DNA of 25,354 bases from a virus (lineage: Duplodnaviria > Caudoviricetes), in the IMG/VR virus record IMGVR_UViG_3300048598_000555, positions 1-25,354 of that record; one strand, 5' to 3'. Below, one piece after another: positions 1-8,933 of this stretch. Both the position numbers and the translations under genes were made by a program. Under the pieces are notes generated by a model that saw nothing but the letters and a program-made list of their open reading frames with translations, did no database searches and was not told the origin of the DNA. Position 1 is the stretch's first letter. Every line of letters begins with the position of its first letter.

Positions 1-618
1 CTATTTCACCGAAGCGCTGTCTTTTTCCGAGCAAGACCCGTCTGCGCAGCTTTCGGCGGCGGAGACGAGCGTGTTGGTTGTCGCGGACCAGCCGTATTTC
101 TTCACCAAAGCGGAGAACGTGGCGCTCATCGCGTCCTGCGGCGAGGCGAAAGCCGACACGGCTTCGGCGATGGCCTTGATCGGCGCGTCGCCGGTGATGC
201 CGGCAGCCATCGACGGGTTCGCCGTCAGGTCGGTGCTGTCCCCGCCCTCCGTATCGGCGCTTTGCGCGATCGTGCCGTTGAGGTCAGACACGCTGATCGT
301 CAGGCCGCCCGGCCCCAGGGCGAGCGCGCCGGTGGCGTACGCCGCGCCGTTGGTGGCAGGGCAGGGGAGCAGCCCGATGTAGTTGTTGACCGTCGTGACG
401 TTGTCGCACGCCTTGGACGACGCGCTCTTGCTCGCGGGCGTGGCCGTGTTGCAGCCGGCCGCGATCCCCAGCGTGAGGGCCACGAGGAGGCAGTTTGCCG
501 CCTGCTGCCGCACTTTCGCGCGCACGGCGCGGCGCTTGGCGTCGGCGTCCTTGCGGACGGCGTCGCGTTTTTGCCGGACTTCGGTCCGGATGTCGTTCTT
601 CGTCTTGGTCTTGTCCAT
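1..618 (-). CDS. Hypothetical protein, probable lipoprotein or membrane-anchored protein
   Basis: 205 aa. Long basic N-region, hydrophobic stretch LLVALTLGIAAG, then Cys56 (lipobox-like). Purine-rich RBS upstream. Confidence 0.6.
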   Translation of the reverse strand: MDKTKTKNDIRTEVRQKRDAVRKDADAKRRAVRAKVRQQAANCLLVALTLGIAAGCNTATPASKSASSKACDNVTTVNNYIGLLPCPATNGAAYATGALALGPGGLTISVSDLNGTIAQSADTEGGDSTDLTANPSMAAGITGDAPIKAIAEAVSAFASPQDAMSATFSALVKKYGWSATTNTLVSAAESCADGSCSEKDSASVK

Positions 619-633
619 GGTCTTCTCTCCTTC

Positions 634-1002
634 CTAGTTCTGAGTCGGGTTCAAGAGGGGCTCGGCGTACGCGGTCGCGACGCCGGCCTTGCTCAAGTCG
701 GCCTGAACGGCCTTGGAGGCGTCACCCTTGGCCCAAAGCTCAAGCAGCAGCGCCCGCAAGCGGATCACGGCGTCGCGCGCCCCGGAGACCTCGCCGGCCG
801 TGAGCTGCTTGTCGGCCAAGATGTCGGTGAAGAGCGCCACCAACTCGTTGAGATGGTTGCAGGTCTTCAGCGCCTTGCCCATGTTGGTCGAGTCGATCTT
901 ATCCAGCCACTTGTTCAGCAGCATGGCGACGATGCGTTCGACGGGCAGGGCCGAGAAGACGGCCAGCCCCAGTTTGATCATCACGCTTGTCAGCATGTTC
1001 AT
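634..1002 (-). CDS. Hypothetical phage protein (helical, hydrophobic N-terminus)
   Basis: 122 aa ORF, tightly packed in the operon, AGGAAAGGGA upstream. Confidence 0.65.
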   Translation of the reverse strand: MNMLTSVMIKLGLAVFSALPVERIVAMLLNKWLDKIDSTNMGKALKTCNHLNELVALFTDILADKQLTAGEVSGARDAVIRLRALLLELWAKGDASKAVQADLSKAGVATAYAEPLLNPTQN

Positions 1003-1018
1003 GGTCTTTTCCCTTTCC

Positions 1019-1270
1019 TTACGAGCCGCCCGTCTTCGCCAGCAACTTTGCCAGCATGAAACCGGCGGAAACGATTCCCGCGATGGCCGTGCCCGCCGCG
1101 ACGGACACGACCCACAGCAGCGCGTGGATCACCATCTCGTGGCGGGCCAGCCGCGTCTGGATCGACGGCGTGCCGTTGTCGACGAACAGCCGCCGCTCGA
1201 TGCTCTCGAGTTTCTCAAGCACGGCCGCGCTGTGCGCCGCGCAGTGGTCTTTGGTCACGTAGTCGCTCAT
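1019..1270 (-). CDS. Small membrane protein, holin/XhlA-like topology
   Basis: 83 aa. Coiled N-part plus one C-terminal TM segment (ALLWVVSVAAGTAIAGIVSAGFML). GAGG RBS. Confidence 0.55.
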   Translation of the reverse strand: MSDYVTKDHCAAHSAAVLEKLESIERRLFVDNGTPSIQTRLARHEMVIHALLWVVSVAAGTAIAGIVSAGFMLAKLLAKTGGS

Positions 1271-1278
1271 TTATAACC

Positions 1279-1758
1279 TCATCCGGGCGGCGGCGCGTAG
1301 CTGATCGGTGAATAGGCGGGCACGTGCAATAGCGCACCCGCCGTCGAGCTGCCGCCGGACGACGGCAGAGTGCCGGGTGTGTAGTGCGGCGTGGCCGTCG
1401 CGCCGTCTGCGCCGCCGTCCGCCAGCTCCTGATACAGCCGCCGCAGGTAGATTTCCGAGTCCAGCCAGGCCGGCCGGAAGCCCTCCGCGTCCGCGCCCAT
1501 CTCGTTGGCCAGCATGTACCAAGTGACCGCCGAGACGTGGCGCAGGCAGGACAGCGGCACGCTGGCCGAGTCGAGCTTGCCGGTGGCGTCGGCGTCTGCC
1601 GCGACCGCCTTGCGGAAGTCTGCGACCACGCCGGACACGAGCAGTGCGAGCCGCTGGGCCCGCGTCGCCGCGTCCAGCCACGCCGCGTACGCCGTCACGA
1701 GAGAGGGCGGCAGCGTCGCCGTCGCTGCACCCGCATCGTATATGACCCAGTCGGCCAT
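1279..1758 (-). CDS. Putative head-completion/adaptor protein
   Basis: 159 aa helical protein directly after the major capsid gene, GGAGGG RBS. Function inferred from position only. Confidence 0.45.
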   Translation of the reverse strand: MADWVIYDAGAATATLPPSLVTAYAAWLDAATRAQRLALLVSGVVADFRKAVAADADATGKLDSASVPLSCLRHVSAVTWYMLANEMGADAEGFRPAWLDSEIYLRRLYQELADGGADGATATPHYTPGTLPSSGGSSTAGALLHVPAYSPISYAPPPG

Positions 1759-1776
1759 TCCCGTCCCTCCGGACCC

Positions 1777-2715
1777 TTACGTCGCGCTGATGTTGAGGCG
1801 CTTGACCGCAGCCGAGTTCGTGACGCGCACGTCCTCGGACCAGTCGAACTTCGCGACCTCGACACGGCCGTCGTCGCGCATGTAGCTCGACGGGACCATG
1901 TACTTGCCCATGAGACGGAAGGTCTTCATGAACGATGGGTCGCGCCGCGTCGGGTTCGGCCGGCGCGCGAACACCAGCACCGACGTGTCGAGGAGGAACT
2001 TCACGTCCTCCGCCACCCCCGGAGCTGCGCAGTCGTACACCATGTAGGACGCCCGCACCTCCGGTGTGCCCACGAACAGGTGGCCCGCGCTGCCCTCGGT
2101 CGGCACCGCGAGGCTGCCGCCCTTGCCGCCGTTGCCCACGACAAACCGGCCGCGCACCTTCTCCTGGTTCTTGAACAGGCACCACGCCGACGCGCCGAAC
2201 AGCACGCCCACGCCCATGAGGCTGCCGTACTTGGCCGCCTTGATGACGTCCAGGATCGCCGTGTCGATGTCCGCGACCGGGTCTGCGGACGCGCCCCAGA
2301 CCTTGGCCGCGCCCGCGCCGGCCGCGGTCATGGCCGCGTCGATCACGCTCTTCTCGTGGGAGAGCGCAGCGACTTCCGCCACCGCCACCGCGCCCTCGCG
2401 CAGCGCGTTCTCGAGATCCTCGCTCTCAAGCTTCTCCAGGTTATCAACCGGATAGTCGAGCGCGTGGGGCTCGCAGTTGTAGGTCTCGTCACTCACCTCG
2501 AAGCGCAGTTCCGTCGCGCGCCCGCCGATGCTCCGCAGCGTATTGGGGATGCGGAAACGGTCCTTCTCGGTATACTTCTTGTACCGGCCCACCGAGGTCG
2601 GAACCTCGATGGTCGGGGCCAGGAAGTCCGCCACCGGCATGATGGCGGACTGCGCCGCGCCCTGCGCGAACTCGCGCAGGACCGGGCTTGCACTGATGTC
2701 ACTCAAACGGCTCAT
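1777..2715 (-). CDS. Major capsid protein (HK97-fold expected)
   Basis: 312 aa. N-terminal 'ISASPVLREFAQG...VADFLAPTIEV' and 'WGASADPVADI' resemble phage capsid proteins. Strong AAGGAGGT RBS. Follows protease, scaffold and decoration genes. Confidence 0.8.
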   Translation of the reverse strand: MSRLSDISASPVLREFAQGAAQSAIMPVADFLAPTIEVPTSVGRYKKYTEKDRFRIPNTLRSIGGRATELRFEVSDETYNCEPHALDYPVDNLEKLESEDLENALREGAVAVAEVAALSHEKSVIDAAMTAAGAGAAKVWGASADPVADIDTAILDVIKAAKYGSLMGVGVLFGASAWCLFKNQEKVRGRFVVGNGGKGGSLAVPTEGSAGHLFVGTPEVRASYMVYDCAAPGVAEDVKFLLDTSVLVFARRPNPTRRDPSFMKTFRLMGKYMVPSSYMRDDGRVEVAKFDWSEDVRVTNSAAVKRLNISAT

Positions 2716-2746
2716 CTCTTAACCTCCTTGAAAAACGATCACTCTC

Positions 2747-3637
2747 TTACAGGCTGACGAGCAGCACCCTGCCGCCCCCGGCCCCGAGGATCTTGTACTG
2801 CGAACTGTAGTACATCGTCCCGCCGTCGACCGCCAGCCACAGCAGGTTGCTCTGCCACCCCGTCACGCCGCAGGTCGCGCCGATGGCGACCATGCCGCCC
2901 ACGCACGACTGCGGGACCACGCTGGGGCATCCGGCAATCCCGGTCGCCGAGAGCAGCACGCACTCGAACACGCCGTCCGCGTAGCCGACTACGACGGCCA
3001 GCGCCTGGAAGGCCATCACCGGCTGATTGGTGTTGCCGTACCACTGACAGGAGTAGTCCGAGGCGATCACCGCGCCCACCAGCTCGGCGGGATTCTCGGG
3101 TACGCCCGTGATCGATGCGGCGGGCAGGGCGAAACCGCCGCCGCTCCCTGCGGGACCGGCCGGCCCCTGCACACCTTGGGGACCCTGCACGCCCTGAAGA
3201 CCCTGCGCACCCGGAAGGCCCTGTGCGCCGTCCGCGCCCTTCTCGCCGCGCGCGCCGTAGGCGAGGGGCCGCAGCAGCACATGCTGCCCGTCGACGCCCT
3301 TCTCCTCGGCCGTGCCGATGGGCAGGGCCTCGCCGCCGGGCACCCCGGCCTCCACGCGGCCGTCGCCCTTCGCCACCAGCAGGTCGCCCGCCTCGCACGC
3401 ACCCGCCAGTTTGATCCGGCAGTTGCCCGCGCTCGTGAGCGGCACCGCGCCGCACAGGTAGCCCTGATCCGCGCCCTGCGTCAGCACGTACGGCGTGATC
3501 TCGCCCGCGCCTTGCGGCAGCACCAGATCCCCGCCCGCGTTCAGCTTCGCCAGATACCCGGTCTTCAGCGACAGGTCTTCGCCCGTCGCGAAAGCCACCG
3601 CGCCGTATCGGCAGTCAGACTGTTTCAGATTCAGCAT
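2747..3637 (-). CDS. Capsid decoration/cement-like protein with collagen-like G-X-Y repeat and C-terminal domain (head fibre candidate)
   Basis: N-terminal ~125 aa is paralogous to the next gene (AEEKGVDGQxVLxRP). 12 consecutive G-X-Y triplets at nt 3149-3256. Confidence 0.7.
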   Translation of the reverse strand: MLNLKQSDCRYGAVAFATGEDLSLKTGYLAKLNAGGDLVLPQGAGEITPYVLTQGADQGYLCGAVPLTSAGNCRIKLAGACEAGDLLVAKGDGRVEAGVPGGEALPIGTAEEKGVDGQHVLLRPLAYGARGEKGADGAQGLPGAQGLQGVQGPQGVQGPAGPAGSGGGFALPAASITGVPENPAELVGAVIASDYSCQWYGNTNQPVMAFQALAVVVGYADGVFECVLLSATGIAGCPSVVPQSCVGGMVAIGATCGVTGWQSNLLWLAVDGGTMYYSSQYKILGAGGGRVLLVSL

Positions 3638-3653
3638 CTCTTCCTCCCCGGCG

Positions 3654-4079
3654 TTAACCCGCCACCGTCACGTTTCCGATCATCGCCGGACGGAACAGCA
3701 CCGCCTGCCCGTCTACGCCTTTCTCCTCGGCGATTCCCAGCCCGCGGTACGTCCCGGTCGCCGCAGGCAGCGCTCTCACCTTGCCCTTGTCCGCCGCCGT
3801 CCCCGTGTCGGCCAGCACGATCACGTCGCCCGGATTGCACGCGCCCTTGAGCACGGCCCGCACGGTGCGGCCCGCCTCCAGCGGGCGCACGGCCACCAGC
3901 TCCGCGTCCGCGTTGTCGTCCACCAGCAGGTAGAACGCGAGGTCCGCGTTCGCCGTCGGCAGTTTCACCTCGGGTACGCCGCCGTCGTGCGTCAGCACCA
4001 CCAGCCGGCCGTTCATCCCCGTCAGATCCTCGCCCGCCAACACCGGAATGTCCCCGGTTCTCGTATCGCTCTGGTTCAT
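3654..4079 (-). CDS. Capsid cement/decoration protein (DUF2190-like)
   Basis: 141 aa from MNQSDTRTG with GGAGG RBS. Gly/Ala-rich beta pattern 'AGEDL...GACNPGDVIV...GIAEE', located between scaffold and capsid. Confidence 0.65.
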   Translation of the reverse strand: MNQSDTRTGDIPVLAGEDLTGMNGRLVVLTHDGGVPEVKLPTANADLAFYLLVDDNADAELVAVRPLEAGRTVRAVLKGACNPGDVIVLADTGTAADKGKVRALPAATGTYRGLGIAEEKGVDGQAVLFRPAMIGNVTVAG

Positions 4080-4172
4080 TTCTTTGCCTCCATCACTTGG
4101 GCGCTTGCCCTCCGTAGCTTCAGCGTAGGAGGGTTGAGCGTTCCCCAACTCCTAACTCCTACATCCTCACTC

Positions 4173-4712
4173 CTAACTCGTCGCGCCGAATTCCTGTTCG
4201 GCGCTACGGAACGCCACCGTGAACGAACACCCGTCGCGCCGCGCGATCTCCTGCGCCCGGTTGCGGATCTTCGCCGCCTTGTCGGTGGGCGATCCGGCGG
4301 GTGCGCCCTGTGTCGAGCTTGGCCGGGGTGCTGTCTCGCGGTTGTGCAACGGCTTGGGTGCTGCCCGCCCTGAGCTTGTCGAAGGGCCCGCGCTAGCCGA
4401 AGGGCCGCCCTGTCCCGAGCCTGCCGCACCCTCCGGCTTTTCCCCGGGATGCGCACGCTCGCGCATCCGGTTCAGGACTCCGACCGCCGCCTCGCGGTTT
4501 TCCATCAGTTGCCCGCGCCAGAACTCGCGGTCCTCGTTCGGAATCACGTCCGCAAAGCCCTCGACATCCTTCTCGGCGAGACTGTTCTCCGACTTGAGAA
4601 CCTGCTCCATCAGGACCTCGTTCTTTGCCTTCTCCATCGCCAGCGCCTCTTCGAGCGACTTCACTCGCTCTTCCAGCCCTGCGCCCGCAGCACCTTTCGC
4701 CTCTTCAGCCAT
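4173..4712 (-). CDS. Putative capsid scaffolding protein
   Basis: 179 aa from MAEEAKG, AGGAGG RBS. Acidic coiled coil, linker, and C-terminal 'AAKIRNRAQEIARRDGCSFTVAF' helix pair typical of scaffold C-termini. Confidence 0.6.
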   Translation of the reverse strand: MAEEAKGAAGAGLEERVKSLEEALAMEKAKNEVLMEQVLKSENSLAEKDVEGFADVIPNEDREFWRGQLMENREAAVGVLNRMRERAHPGEKPEGAAGSGQGGPSASAGPSTSSGRAAPKPLHNRETAPRPSSTQGAPAGSPTDKAAKIRNRAQEIARRDGCSFTVAFRSAEQEFGATS

Positions 4713-4774
4713 AAAAACCTCCTGTGACAAGTGATTCAAAAAGCCTCACACCTAACGCCAGAAATCAACATTTC

Positions 4775-5581
4775 TCACTTCTGAGTTGAGAGTTCTGGGT
4801 TCGACGTTCCGCGTTTCTTCCTTCTCTCCGCCAGTTCCCGCAGCACGGCATCCCTCGCCGTTTCAACCCTCTGCGTCTCTGGCCTGTCCCGAGCTTGTCG
4901 AGGGGCGTCTTTGCGGGAAACATCTCCGTCTTCATCAACTAACGCACTTCTCTTTGCCGCTTTCGCGCGTCGCACTTCCAGCGACGCCGCTCGCGCCACA
5001 TCAGTCCACCGGTTTTCAACTCTCTCATTTGTGTTATTCGCGCGATTCGCGGTTAAACTTAACCGGTCCGCCTCTATGTGCTCTTTGTGTTCTTTCGTGG
5101 CTAAAGAACCAACTCCGCCTTGGCGGTTGGCCAACGGCCTCCCGCCCTTGATATTCGGCTCATTCGTGAGAGCCACGCTGACCAGCACGCGAGGCCGGAT
5201 GCGTTTCCCGCCGAGATCCTCGCACTGAGAGGGTGGGGGAAAGACCGGGCTCATCAGGCGGAAGCGTCCGCCCTGCACGGCCGCGAGGCCCGCGTCCGAC
5301 CACCGCACGCGCGCCCACAGACCCGTGTCGCGCGACTCGAGATCGGAAATCCAGCCTGCGGCCTCGCTCGACTTCGCCGTATCCAGCGAGAAGTGATCGA
5401 AGTCCACCAGGACACCAGGAAAATTGGCGTCAGCCGTGCGGCCGTTGAAATCCGCCGCCATCGCATCGCACGCCGCGCGGTCGATGACCTGCGTGACTCC
5501 GGCACCCGCGTGCGGGAATTCCCCGCACGGCGTTATGTGCGCCCAGCCGTCAGCCGCCAAAACGAAAGTGTTGTCACCCAT
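4775..5581 (-). CDS. Mu-like prohead protease (gpI/gp32 family)
   Basis: Motifs 'VLVDFDH', 'EAAGWI', 'GLWARVRWS', 'FRLMSPVF' and 'SVALTNEPNI' match the Mu protein I pattern. Confidence 0.85.
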   Translation of the reverse strand: MGDNTFVLAADGWAHITPCGEFPHAGAGVTQVIDRAACDAMAADFNGRTADANFPGVLVDFDHFSLDTAKSSEAAGWISDLESRDTGLWARVRWSDAGLAAVQGGRFRLMSPVFPPPSQCEDLGGKRIRPRVLVSVALTNEPNIKGGRPLANRQGGVGSLATKEHKEHIEADRLSLTANRANNTNERVENRWTDVARAASLEVRRAKAAKRSALVDEDGDVSRKDAPRQARDRPETQRVETARDAVLRELAERRKKRGTSNPELSTQK

Positions 5582-5630
5582 TGATCGAACCCTCCAATAG
5601 AGGGCTCGAAATCAACTATCTTGTCCCTAG

Positions 5631-5664
5631 AAAGCAGAAAGGCCGCGCGGTTTCCCGCACGGCC
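5631..5664 (-). terminator. Rho-independent terminator after the lipoprotein moron
   Basis: Minus strand reads GGCCGTGCGG-GAAA-CCGCGCGGCC-TTTCTGCTTT. Confidence 0.65.
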
Positions 5665-5743
5665 GTTTGTCATTTTGAAATATCAATACCGCGCGACAAC
5701 GCCGCGCGGAACATGCCGCCTCAAACTGCGGCTCGGAGCGACG

Positions 5744-6499
5744 CTAGTTTGCTGGCAGATGTTGGCTCGCTTTGAACTGGGAAAGAAGTCTTTCCTTGTA
5801 TGCACTTGCTGCCTCATTCAAAGCAGGTTTGATAGCATCTTCCTCTTTTGTTGCCCATTCCAGTGCAGCTTGGCCCTCGATATAGCGAATCGCTTGATCT
5901 GTCTCCACTTCCCATGAGGGCATCGATCCTACGATTGGACCCCGACTTGTCTTTAACAAAGCATCACGCGCCTGCTCCCTCTGTTGCCCGGCCGATTGAT
6001 ACTTCTCCCGTAGTTCTCTCAAATGTGTCTTGAGTTGTTCGTCCGTCATCTTGGCCATTTCCGCCTTGTGACGGCTAGATGCCTCTTCTTCTGCCCGTTC
6101 CAGTGCAGCCTGGGCCTCGATGTTGTATGTTGGCCCCAGAAGCATTCTTGGCGAGGCGTAACGCGGCTGCTCTCTCTGTTGCACGGCGGAGTGATACTTC
6201 TCCCGTAGATCTCTCAAATGTGTCTTGAGTTGTTCGTCCGTCATCTTTGCCATTTCCGCCTTGTGATGGCTAGGCTCCTCCAGCACGGCTGTATTCGGCT
6301 TTTCGCCAGTCTTTCCCTTTTCGCGGATGGGTGTCCACATCCACGAGGGCGTATCCGTGTAGCAGGCCTCGCCGGTAACACGGTCGATCCGGACCGCGAC
6401 CCAGTCGTTCCGTGTGCCCGTTACACTCACACCATACCTTTCTGTAGCGCACCCAGAAAGCAACAGCACACATGCGCAGCCAAATGCCATCGTCTTCAT
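5744..6499 (-). CDS. Accessory lipoprotein (moron) with internal tandem repeat
   Basis: Lipobox LLLSG-C17. Duplicated HKAEMAKMTDEQLKTHLRxLREKY unit. AT-richer than its flanks. Confidence 0.75.
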   Translation of the reverse strand: MKTMAFGCACVLLLSGCATERYGVSVTGTRNDWVAVRIDRVTGEACYTDTPSWMWTPIREKGKTGEKPNTAVLEEPSHHKAEMAKMTDEQLKTHLRDLREKYHSAVQQREQPRYASPRMLLGPTYNIEAQAALERAEEEASSRHKAEMAKMTDEQLKTHLRELREKYQSAGQQREQARDALLKTSRGPIVGSMPSWEVETDQAIRYIEGQAALEWATKEEDAIKPALNEAASAYKERLLSQFKASQHLPAN

Positions 6500-6580
6500 C
6501 TATCCGCCTTTCTTGAGGCAACCGTCTTTTGTGGGCCAACAAGTGATTGAGTCGATTCATACCATATACACGTTTATAAG

Positions 6581-6609
6581 ATAGTAGAGGACATCGATTG
6601 CTGAGGCAA
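6581..6609 (-). promoter_or_regulatory. Sigma70-like promoter of the lipoprotein moron
   Basis: Minus strand TTGCCT-N17-TACTAT about 80 nt upstream of the start codon, in an AT-rich patch. Confidence 0.55.
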
Positions 6610-6770
6610 TGGTAAAAAAGGATGTCTGCAGGGAGAATTTGATCGGCTGTTGTCTCCAGACGCCGCCTGATTCGCGGATACGCCGCGTTTCGAGGTGATG
6701 TTGCCCCGTGCACGGCAGATAACCCCGCCCTTTGCCTGCCCAACTTATCGCGCTTAACTCGCTATCCCAG

Positions 6771-7838
6771 CTATCCCGCCACCCCGGCCACCCCGCCAAC
6801 CGCTTCCGGCGTCAGCCAGAAGCCCGCCTCCACCGGCCAACCGGGGAACGCGGCAGTCAGCATTGGCTTGTCGAAGTCGCGCCGCAAGGCCTCTGACACC
6901 ATGACGGAGTCGGCCTTCGCCACCTGGTTGAACGCCTCCTGATGCGCCGATCCGGCCAGCGTGCCGCTGCCGCTTTCGGTCAGCATGGTCAGCAGCCCGC
7001 CGGTGCCGAGCAGCGTGATCTGCCGGTCGAGGTAGTCCAGATGGTCGCGGAAGGGCGGCTTGCCGGTGCCACCGCCATTTACATACTTGACGTCCGTGCC
7101 GTTGGGCAGATAGCCCCGGCCGTCCTTGACGAGATCCTGCGCGATGGCCAGATATTGCTTTTCCTTCTCTTCCGTCACGCCGGGAGGACCGATGAAGAAC
7201 ATGGACGGGATGCCGTACACGTCGAGGAAAGAACTCCAGTCGCGCAAGGCGAGGTTGCGACGGAAGTACTGCACCGCCAAGATGCGGTCGAGGGAGATGG
7301 GGGACTCCACAATCGCGAAGTTCGCGCGCTCGATCTTCTCGCCCGTATCCACACCCGACCGCGCATCGCGGTTGTAACTCCACTCGCCGAACATGCCGCT
7401 GCGGCACCAGAACCACTGTTCCACCGGCTCCAGGCGCACGATGCCCCGGCCGCCCTCGGCGTAGTGCTTCTCGACGTGCGCGAAGCCCCGGAAGGTGGCG
7501 GAGGCCAGAAAAGCGACCGCCTCGCGCAGGTTCTCCACCCGGTCGTACTGGTCGCGCAGGAAGGCCGCTTGCTCGCAGGCTAGCACCGTGTCGGTCGGCG
7601 ACTCTTCGGGCTTCACGTCCCACTGGCAGGCAAGCAGAGACGCCCGCCGCCGCATCAGCACCGTGGCAATGAGGGCGTCCGACTGTTCCATGGCCTGATA
7701 GAACCACTGAAGATCGGCGAAAGCCCCGCGCTCACCCTGCTCGATGAGGCTGACGATCCGCTCCAGGGTCAGCCCCCTCAGCGGGTTCACGTACTCGCGC
7801 CATTGGTTATCCTTGCTCGTGTAGACCGTCAGTGCCAT
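6771..7838 (-). CDS. Portal protein, DUF935 / Mu gp29-like
   Basis: 355 aa with 'DWSSFLDVYGIP', 'QITLLGTGGLLT', 'GTLAGSAHQEAF' and N-terminal 'LTLERIVSLI...GERG' typical of DUF935. Confidence 0.85.
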   Translation of the reverse strand: MALTVYTSKDNQWREYVNPLRGLTLERIVSLIEQGERGAFADLQWFYQAMEQSDALIATVLMRRRASLLACQWDVKPEESPTDTVLACEQAAFLRDQYDRVENLREAVAFLASATFRGFAHVEKHYAEGGRGIVRLEPVEQWFWCRSGMFGEWSYNRDARSGVDTGEKIERANFAIVESPISLDRILAVQYFRRNLALRDWSSFLDVYGIPSMFFIGPPGVTEEKEKQYLAIAQDLVKDGRGYLPNGTDVKYVNGGGTGKPPFRDHLDYLDRQITLLGTGGLLTMLTESGSGTLAGSAHQEAFNQVAKADSVMVSEALRRDFDKPMLTAAFPGWPVEAGFWLTPEAVGGVAGVAG

Positions 7839-8079
7839 ATCCGCGCCTCCATTTAAGGCGCGGAATCAACACGGCGCGTGTGAGAATTTAACGCCATAAC
7901 ATTTCATGTTTTCTCGGCAACCGAAACGCGTTACACTGTCGACAAACTTAGCGGTAGCGCGTGTGAGTGTGGGTCTTGACCGTCAACGAAAACGCTCAGG
8001 GGACGTGCTGTTTGAGGCATATCAGAAAAGCAATGATATATCGTGCTCTTTTAGGCTCGATCAAAGGTGGAGACGCAAT

Positions 8080-8871
8080 ATGCACATCGCAATTGACGAC
8101 ACATACGGCCCTGAGGGTAAAACGGATTCATCGTTTGTCACCGGTGACCGTCGAACTCATGTCGCCGTTCTGTTTCCAGACAACGACGTACAAGACATTC
8201 GATTTCAGGCGGGTGAATGTGTGGCTGAAGTTTCTACGCTAGTTGGGTGTTCAGTAAAAGAATTCCATTTCGTGGACCTCTACAACCGGAAATCACCTTG
8301 GGACAAACTTCCTGACGAAGCAAATTTAAGGATTTTTGAATTCTTTGCATACATCTATAGGCATTACAAATGGCCCGTACTCGTTCAAACGATTGACGCT
8401 CGAACATTACGCGATCACGGCATAGCTCGCATTGAAGGCGCTATCGAAGGTCTTGACTTGTCAAACACTGCCGATCTTTCACTGTTCTGGCTGTTGATCA
8501 AGATTAAGAGTAAGTTCAGAAAAAAGCCTATGCCCATCACTCTTCTTCTCGATGAGGGTAGGGCAAAACCGGGCACTGCTTTTGGTTCAAAAATATTTCA
8601 TGACTGGTCAGAACCATTTAATGGTGGTTATGCATCATCTTCGAGCGAGCCGTTGCTCCAACTTGCAGATTTTATCGCTTTTTGCATAAACCGATCTACC
8701 CATCTTTCGATGAAAAGAAACCGCTCCGAAGTTGACACTTGGTTCCTAAATCTTGTCGGCACAATGGAGATCGATTGTGAGGACCTCAAGAGTCACAAAC
8801 TTCCAGTAACTTTCTCTGTGGCCGATTTTGATGGGTTGCACTCACAAGACAGAGCATCAAAAGGGCTGTAG
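8080..8871 (+). CDS. DUF3800-family protein (predicted RNase H-like fold), counter-oriented moron
   Basis: 263 aa from MHIAIDDTYG with 'KEFHF', 'LLLDEG' and C-terminal 'LLQLADFIAF'. AT-rich. GGAG RBS. Confidence 0.75.
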   Translation: MHIAIDDTYGPEGKTDSSFVTGDRRTHVAVLFPDNDVQDIRFQAGECVAEVSTLVGCSVKEFHFVDLYNRKSPWDKLPDEANLRIFEFFAYIYRHYKWPVLVQTIDARTLRDHGIARIEGAIEGLDLSNTADLSLFWLLIKIKSKFRKKPMPITLLLDEGRAKPGTAFGSKIFHDWSEPFNGGYASSSSEPLLQLADFIAFCINRSTHLSMKRNRSEVDTWFLNLVGTMEIDCEDLKSHKLPVTFSVADFDGLHSQDRASKGL

Positions 8872-8872
8872 G

Positions 8873-8933
8873 CTCTAACCCATCATTCCGCCAGGACGGC
8901 GCAAGTGGCCTCGCAGGCCGGTGAATTCAGCCT
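8873..8933 (+). other. Degenerate integron attC-like site
   Basis: CTCTAAC-CCATCATTCC...GCAGGCCGGTGAATTCAG directly after the stop codon. Resembles the attC R''-L''...L' layout, but the terminal GTT is missing. Confidence 0.5.

Noticed and set aside
262-4734. Plus-strand ORFs antisense to the head genes (e.g. 1384-2757, 3495-4373)
   Set aside because: Shadow ORFs of GC-rich coding sequence; the minus strand carries the recognisable proteins and RBSs
7906-8079. 58-aa N-terminal extension of the DUF3800 ORF
   Set aside because: The family motif begins at Met 8080, which has an RBS; the upstream part looks like promoter DNA
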